The translations under genes and the position numbers were made by a program. From positions 1 through 37,623 of IMG/VR virus record IMGVR_UViG_3300034019_000896: DNA of 37,623 nt. One strand, written 5' to 3'. This stretch comes from a virus (lineage: Duplodnaviria > Caudoviricetes). Positions 33,949 to 37,623 of the stretch are shown in pieces (the stretch's first letter is position 1; the number at the start of each line of letters is the position of its first letter). The notes under the pieces were generated by a model. It was not told the origin of the DNA and searched no databases. It worked only from the letters and a program-made list of their open reading frames with translations.

Positions 33949-34733
33949 AGCTTTGCGATTCGCTTCGGGTTGTACTGCCAGCCGACGTAGTGCTGCGCCG
34001 CGCAAATCCTGTGCATCACCTCGTCGTGATGCGACAGCGCCCACTCGACGCCCTCCGCGATGTCGCCCACGTACACGCCCAAATCGCCATACGCCGGCAA
34101 GTAGCCGCAAATTGGGAACACCCCGCGGCGAATCGACTCCACCGCGCGGTTGCCCGACTTGCACGCGCTTTTGCCCGTCGGAATCACGCACAGGCCCGCG
34201 TCGATAAACTCGCGGTCCATCGCATCCGGCGACCACTGCACCACCCGCACACCGGGCGGGCCGGAATCGACGTTGGAAACGATCGCCAGCGGCCGGCCTG
34301 CGAGCCTGTCCAGCCACGGCACCAGATCGCGCAGGTTCGTTTTGTGGCCGAACCAGACCAGCCGCTCGTGCACCCGCGGCTTTCCTTCGGGCGCCTCCCA
34401 CGGGTCAGGGATGACCCATGCATCGCGCCCCGTCTCGGCCTTGATGCGATCGCGCATCGCCGCGGAATTGCACGTCACCGCGTCGGCCTGCGAACACGCC
34501 AGCCGGTAGTGCGCGTCGTGCACGCCGCCGAAGTGGTCGTCGCAGACGTCCATCACGACTTTGCGGTAGCCCGCGGTCGCCTCGTCCCACGACCAGCCGT
34601 GCTTGCCGATCACCAGGATGTCGCGGCCGCGCTCGATGCCTAGCTCCGCGAGCTCGCGCTGCGGTATCTCCGCGCGCAGCCGCGTGGACGCCAGGTCGGG
34701 GCGGATGCCGCGGAAGGTAATGCGCGGCTTCAC
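33921..34733 (-). CDS. GT-B fold glycosyltransferase-like protein
   Basis: AS.RLRA..P, V.DVCDDHF, ADAVTCNS, IPDP.E, LVWFGH..N, KSGNR..E. Confidence 0.7.
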   Translation of the reverse strand: MKPRITFRGIRPDLASTRLRAEIPQRELAELGIERGRDILVIGKHGWSWDEATAGYRKVVMDVCDDHFGGVHDAHYRLACSQADAVTCNSAAMRDRIKAETGRDAWVIPDPWEAPEGKPRVHERLVWFGHKTNLRDLVPWLDRLAGRPLAIVSNVDSGPPGVRVVQWSPDAMDREFIDAGLCVIPTGKSACKSGNRAVESIRRGVFPICGYLPAYGDLGVYVGDIAEGVEWALSHHDEVMHRICAAQHYVGWQYNPKRIAKLWLEALSYV

Positions 34734-35209
34734 GGCTCAACACCAGCCCATATCTCTCGGCGCAGCACAGCACTAATCGTCGACTTGCTTACCCTGTATT
34801 CGACAGCAAGATCCCGCTGCTTTTTTAGGCGCCCAACTCGCCTAATTTCTAAAACCTGATCTTTAGTTAGCCGCGCCTTCCAGTGCGCCTCGCCGCGCGG
34901 CGGAGTTTTTGGGCCTGTGTAATTGCACCGGCCCTTGCTAATCATGTCGGCGCTGTTTTCGCGTGCCGTACCAAGAAACAAGTGCTCGATTTTTACGCAC
35001 GCCGGGTTGTCGCATGTATGGCATACGTACATACCGGGCTGAACCGGGCCGTTGTGCTGCTCATACCACCACCGGTGCGCTCTCTTGTTCTTCCCGCCAA
35101 CCCGAAACACGCCATACCCACTTTGAAACCGAGCGGCCGCCCACTCTACGCAGCCAGTTTCATGGTTTGTTCGGCCTTTGCTGCGAAACCTAAGGTGATT
35201 TTTTGTCAT
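34730..35209 (-). CDS. HNH homing endonuclease (Zn-loop type) with C-terminal HTH
   Basis: GC.EW, GYG.F, AHRWWYE..NG, VCHTCDNPACV..EHLFLGT..EN..D; looks low in GC. Confidence 0.92.
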   Translation of the reverse strand: MTKNHLRFRSKGRTNHETGCVEWAAARFQSGYGVFRVGGKNKRAHRWWYEQHNGPVQPGMYVCHTCDNPACVKIEHLFLGTARENSADMISKGRCNYTGPKTPPRGEAHWKARLTKDQVLEIRRVGRLKKQRDLAVEYRVSKSTISAVLRREIWAGVEP

Positions 35210-35928
35210 GCGCGCTCCTTTGCACGTATGACTATCTCAACGGGATTTTCTCCAATAACGTTTACAGTTCGCAGCAACATTTGGTGCCATTCGCGCGAAT
35301 GCTCGCAGTCTTTGTAATGCGCGAACGCTGGTATGCCAAGCGTAAAGTGAGCTAACGCGGCCTTATCGTTAAGCGGCAATTCAGAAACCAGATGGTTCCA
35401 TGTCGCCGGCAGCGCCCCCACCAAATCGTCTTCAAGCCACTCAAACCTATGCAAGTGCTGCGACGTCGCCATGCTGACATACGAAGGCGTTAGCCGTCTC
35501 ATCGCAGGATGCCCGCAGTTCAGCAGCATTACCGACGATTGATTTTTTTTCGGGTACTGGATGTTGTCGTTCTCGATCGGCGACCCGACGTACTTTCGCG
35601 GGGCGCTTGTCCGGTAGTCGTGCTTGACGACCTGCACGGCGTACCGCGAATCGCGCAGTTCCCACAGGTCAGCGACGTCGGCGCGGAACAGCACGTCCGA
35701 GTCGACGAACAGCGCCCACCCCGCGAAATCCTGCAAACACGGGATCAGGTAGCGCGACGTGATGAACTGGTTAGTGCCGTCGCGGTGGTCAGGAAACCAC
35801 CTCAGCGATGCGAGCGTCAGCGCCTTGATTGCCACCGGCACACTCGCCGTTTCGATGATGCTCTGCGTCGCCACATGCCACGCCGCAGCCTCGCGCGGGT
35901 CGTAGCCCATCCAGATAGTCGGGTGCAC
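35206..35928 (-). CDS. GT-A fold glycosyltransferase (GT8-like)
   Basis: IWMGYDPRE, F..SRYL.P.L, ALFVDSD (DxD), VVKHDY, YP.KN.SSVML.NC.H, LP..WNHLV, HFTLG.P. Confidence 0.88.
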   Translation of the reverse strand: MHPTIWMGYDPREAAAWHVATQSIIETASVPVAIKALTLASLRWFPDHRDGTNQFITSRYLIPCLQDFAGWALFVDSDVLFRADVADLWELRDSRYAVQVVKHDYRTSAPRKYVGSPIENDNIQYPKKNQSSVMLLNCGHPAMRRLTPSYVSMATSQHLHRFEWLEDDLVGALPATWNHLVSELPLNDKAALAHFTLGIPAFAHYKDCEHSREWHQMLLRTVNVIGENPVEIVIRAKERA

Positions 35929-37279
35929 TCAGAAGCCTTCTGATCGTGCCAACCCACGGTTCGCCTGCCCGCTGCCGAAACACGCGGGCGCTCCTGTACC
36001 ACGGATAAACAGGGAGCGCGTAATTCCAGCTCGGCCTAGACGGCACGAGGACGACGCCGGGCACGCCGAGCGCACCGGCGACGTGGTGAACGGTCGTGTG
36101 GATGCCGATCACCATGTCCAACTCAGCGACTAATGCCGCGGTGTCGTCGTAATCCGTCGACTCGACCGCGCGCTTCCAATGCTTCACCGGCAGGCCCGTT
36201 GCCGCGATCTCCGCGGTCGGGTCTTTGTACTGCAGCGACACAAAATCCGCGTCCAGCCCTTCGATGAGCGGCCGGAACGCCTCCAGCCCGATCGCGCGTG
36301 CAGCGGCTTTCGTCCACCTTTTCCCGCCCGACCAGCACAACCCGACCTTCGGCCGCGGCCCGAGCGTGTCGAGCAACGCACGCCACTGCACGCGCCGCTC
36401 TGGGTCCGCCACGAGATACGGCGTGCCGGGGCACGACGCTGGCGACGGCCGGTAAAACTCCGGCAGGCCGGCAATGCCGACGCGGTGCGTGATCGCGTGA
36501 TCGTTCGGCCACTCCACGCCCTGCTTCAGCCGCGTGCCGTAGACCGCGACGTTCGGGAACGACCGCCTAAACAGCCCTTCCAGCCGCGGATCGCACTCCA
36601 GCACCAGCGATGCGGCATCGCGCGCGGCATCCTGGATGCACGACGCGTAGACGATCTCGTCGCCGAGCCCTTGCTCGCCGTAGACGAACAGGTTGGCGCC
36701 TTTCTCACCCTGCCAGCGCACCTCGTCGCCGACGACGATTTCCTTGCGCCACTCGCTCGCCAGCGTCGCCGCGTATCCCTTCCAGCCGCGCTCCCAATCG
36801 CCCAGCGCCAGGCACGCATAGCCCTGCGTCATCCGCGCGCCCATGTGCTGCGGCTCGCGCGCCAGCACCCGCTCGGCATACCGCAGCGCGCGGTCGAAGT
36901 CGCCTTCCTCGAGATACGTCGTCGCAATCTCGTGTTCGTACTTGTTCTCGCCGCGCTTGGCCGCTTCCTGGAACATCTGCCGCGCGCGGACTTCGTTGCC
37001 CATGCGCTGATGGTTGACGGCGATACCGGCCCAAAGCTCGCCCTTCTGCGGCGCGACCTGCACGGCCCGCTGCAGCACCGCACAACTCAGCCCGTGGCGG
37101 CCTGCGCGCTGGAACAGGTAGCCAATGAGCATCAGCGCATCGGCGTTGTCCGGCTCGTCGTTCAGCACCTCGGACGCGATCTTGACTGCGCGGTCCGGGT
37201 CTTGATTCATGATCGCGACCGCCGCGGCGATCGGATCGGATTCCTTAGAACTTGCGGTGCGTCGTTCGGAGATAGGCAT
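35789..37279 (-). CDS. TPR-repeat plus GT-B glycosyltransferase (FlmG/FlbA-like architecture)
   Basis: N-terminal TPRs; GDW..GW, YGEQGLGDEI, ECDPRL..LF.RSFP, KVGLCW, FVSLQY, DYDDTAALVAELD.VI, HVAGALG.P, PWY.S.RVFRQ. Confidence 0.9.
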   Translation of the reverse strand: MPISERRTASSKESDPIAAAVAIMNQDPDRAVKIASEVLNDEPDNADALMLIGYLFQRAGRHGLSCAVLQRAVQVAPQKGELWAGIAVNHQRMGNEVRARQMFQEAAKRGENKYEHEIATTYLEEGDFDRALRYAERVLAREPQHMGARMTQGYACLALGDWERGWKGYAATLASEWRKEIVVGDEVRWQGEKGANLFVYGEQGLGDEIVYASCIQDAARDAASLVLECDPRLEGLFRRSFPNVAVYGTRLKQGVEWPNDHAITHRVGIAGLPEFYRPSPASCPGTPYLVADPERRVQWRALLDTLGPRPKVGLCWSGGKRWTKAAARAIGLEAFRPLIEGLDADFVSLQYKDPTAEIAATGLPVKHWKRAVESTDYDDTAALVAELDMVIGIHTTVHHVAGALGVPGVVLVPSRPSWNYALPVYPWYRSARVFRQRAGEPWVGTIRRLLSAPDYLDGLRPARGCGVACGDAEHHRNGECAGGNQGADARIAEVVS

Positions 37280-37568
37280 ATTCTGGCTGTCGAAGCCGCT
37301 TCATGATCTCGGACGGGTGCGCCGTGTAGGCGTTGAACCCTTCGTTCATCCACCGCAGCACGACCTCGGGCGGAACGTGCCCGACGTGCCAGTAGGATTC
37401 CTTGATCCCGTGCGCGCTGTAGTCCGGCGCGTTCTGCAACGTCTTGCTGTATTCGACGTGCGCAGTGCTGTCGTCTACCGACGTCCGCTGCACGAACTTG
37501 CCGTCGGCAAAGCCGATCTCGGTCGTGACCCCAGTCAGCGGGTCATGCTCACGTTGGACGATTTTCAT
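37245..37568 (-). CDS. Conserved phage protein downstream of the capsid gene
   Basis: DPLTG, H.P..V...W..EG, L..PEY.YLRT. Confidence 0.75.
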   Translation of the reverse strand: MKIVQREHDPLTGVTTEIGFADGKFVQRTSVDDSTAHVEYSKTLQNAPDYSAHGIKESYWHVGHVPPEVVLRWMNEGFNAYTAHPSEIMKRLRQPEYAYLRTTHRKF

Positions 37569-37577
37569 GGGCGGGGT

Positions 37578-37601
37578 GGGGCGGACCCGAAGGCCCGCCC
37601 C
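37578..37601 (-). terminator. cUUCGg hairpin after the presumed capsid gene (no U tract)
   Basis: GGGGCGGGCC-TTCG-GGTCCGCCCC just after a TGA TGA double stop (37606-37611). Confidence 0.55.
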
Positions 37602-37623
37602 GTGGTCATCAGACCGAGGTCAC

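Noticed and set aside
33427-37279. Serotype-conversion (gtrABC) or DNA hypermodification locus
   Set aside because: No flippase, bactoprenol GT or polytopic membrane protein, no base-hydroxymethylase or TET-like gene, and the block is coupled to late structural genes. Not fully excluded.
60-37306. Many long alternative-frame and antisense ORFs in the track (for example 133-900, 4875-5885, 13413-14363, 18203-19186, 36179-37306)
   Set aside because: Shadow ORFs expected at high GC; they are Arg/Ala/Pro-rich, lack motifs and overlap well-supported genes.
1-37623. Diversity-generating retroelement (suggested by the BPP-1-like architecture)
   Set aside because: No reverse transcriptase ORF and no TR/VR pair noticed; repeat variation in the fibre is not adenine-specific.

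Overview
The window is most of a GC-rich temperate podovirus-like tailed phage, probably infecting a proteobacterium, in its excised/circular form: a candidate attP at about 19.25-19.65 kb has phage genes on both sides. It opens inside the head module, so the scaffold and major capsid genes lie outside the window. The minus-strand arm at 1-14.3 kb runs cro, replication/methylase genes, Q-like gene, terS, terL, HNH, portal, then a fibre plus glycosyltransferase block. The plus-strand arm at 14.4-19.25 kb runs cI, ERF, YqaJ, SSB-like, xis, int. The minus-strand arm at 19.6-37.6 kb runs a glycosyltransferase/methyltransferase block, spike, adaptor, tail, ejection proteins, lysis genes and an ART-PolyVal-type gene. 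The best candidate for a new system is virion glycosylation, with four glycosyltransferases and a methyltransferase flanking the capsid locus. One enzyme is GT9-like with Lys in place of the usual catalytic Asp and sits next to a beta-helical fibre carrying 20 Cys in variable repeat positions (S-glycosylation hypothesis); another is a FlmG-like TPR-GT. Other highlights are a 248-nt structured non-coding segment with a G6-TA-G6 tract in the replication region, an attP core that reads like the C-terminus of a LivG/LivF-type ABC ATPase, and a catalytically dead SGNH domain. All family calls come from motif recognition by eye; no database search was run.
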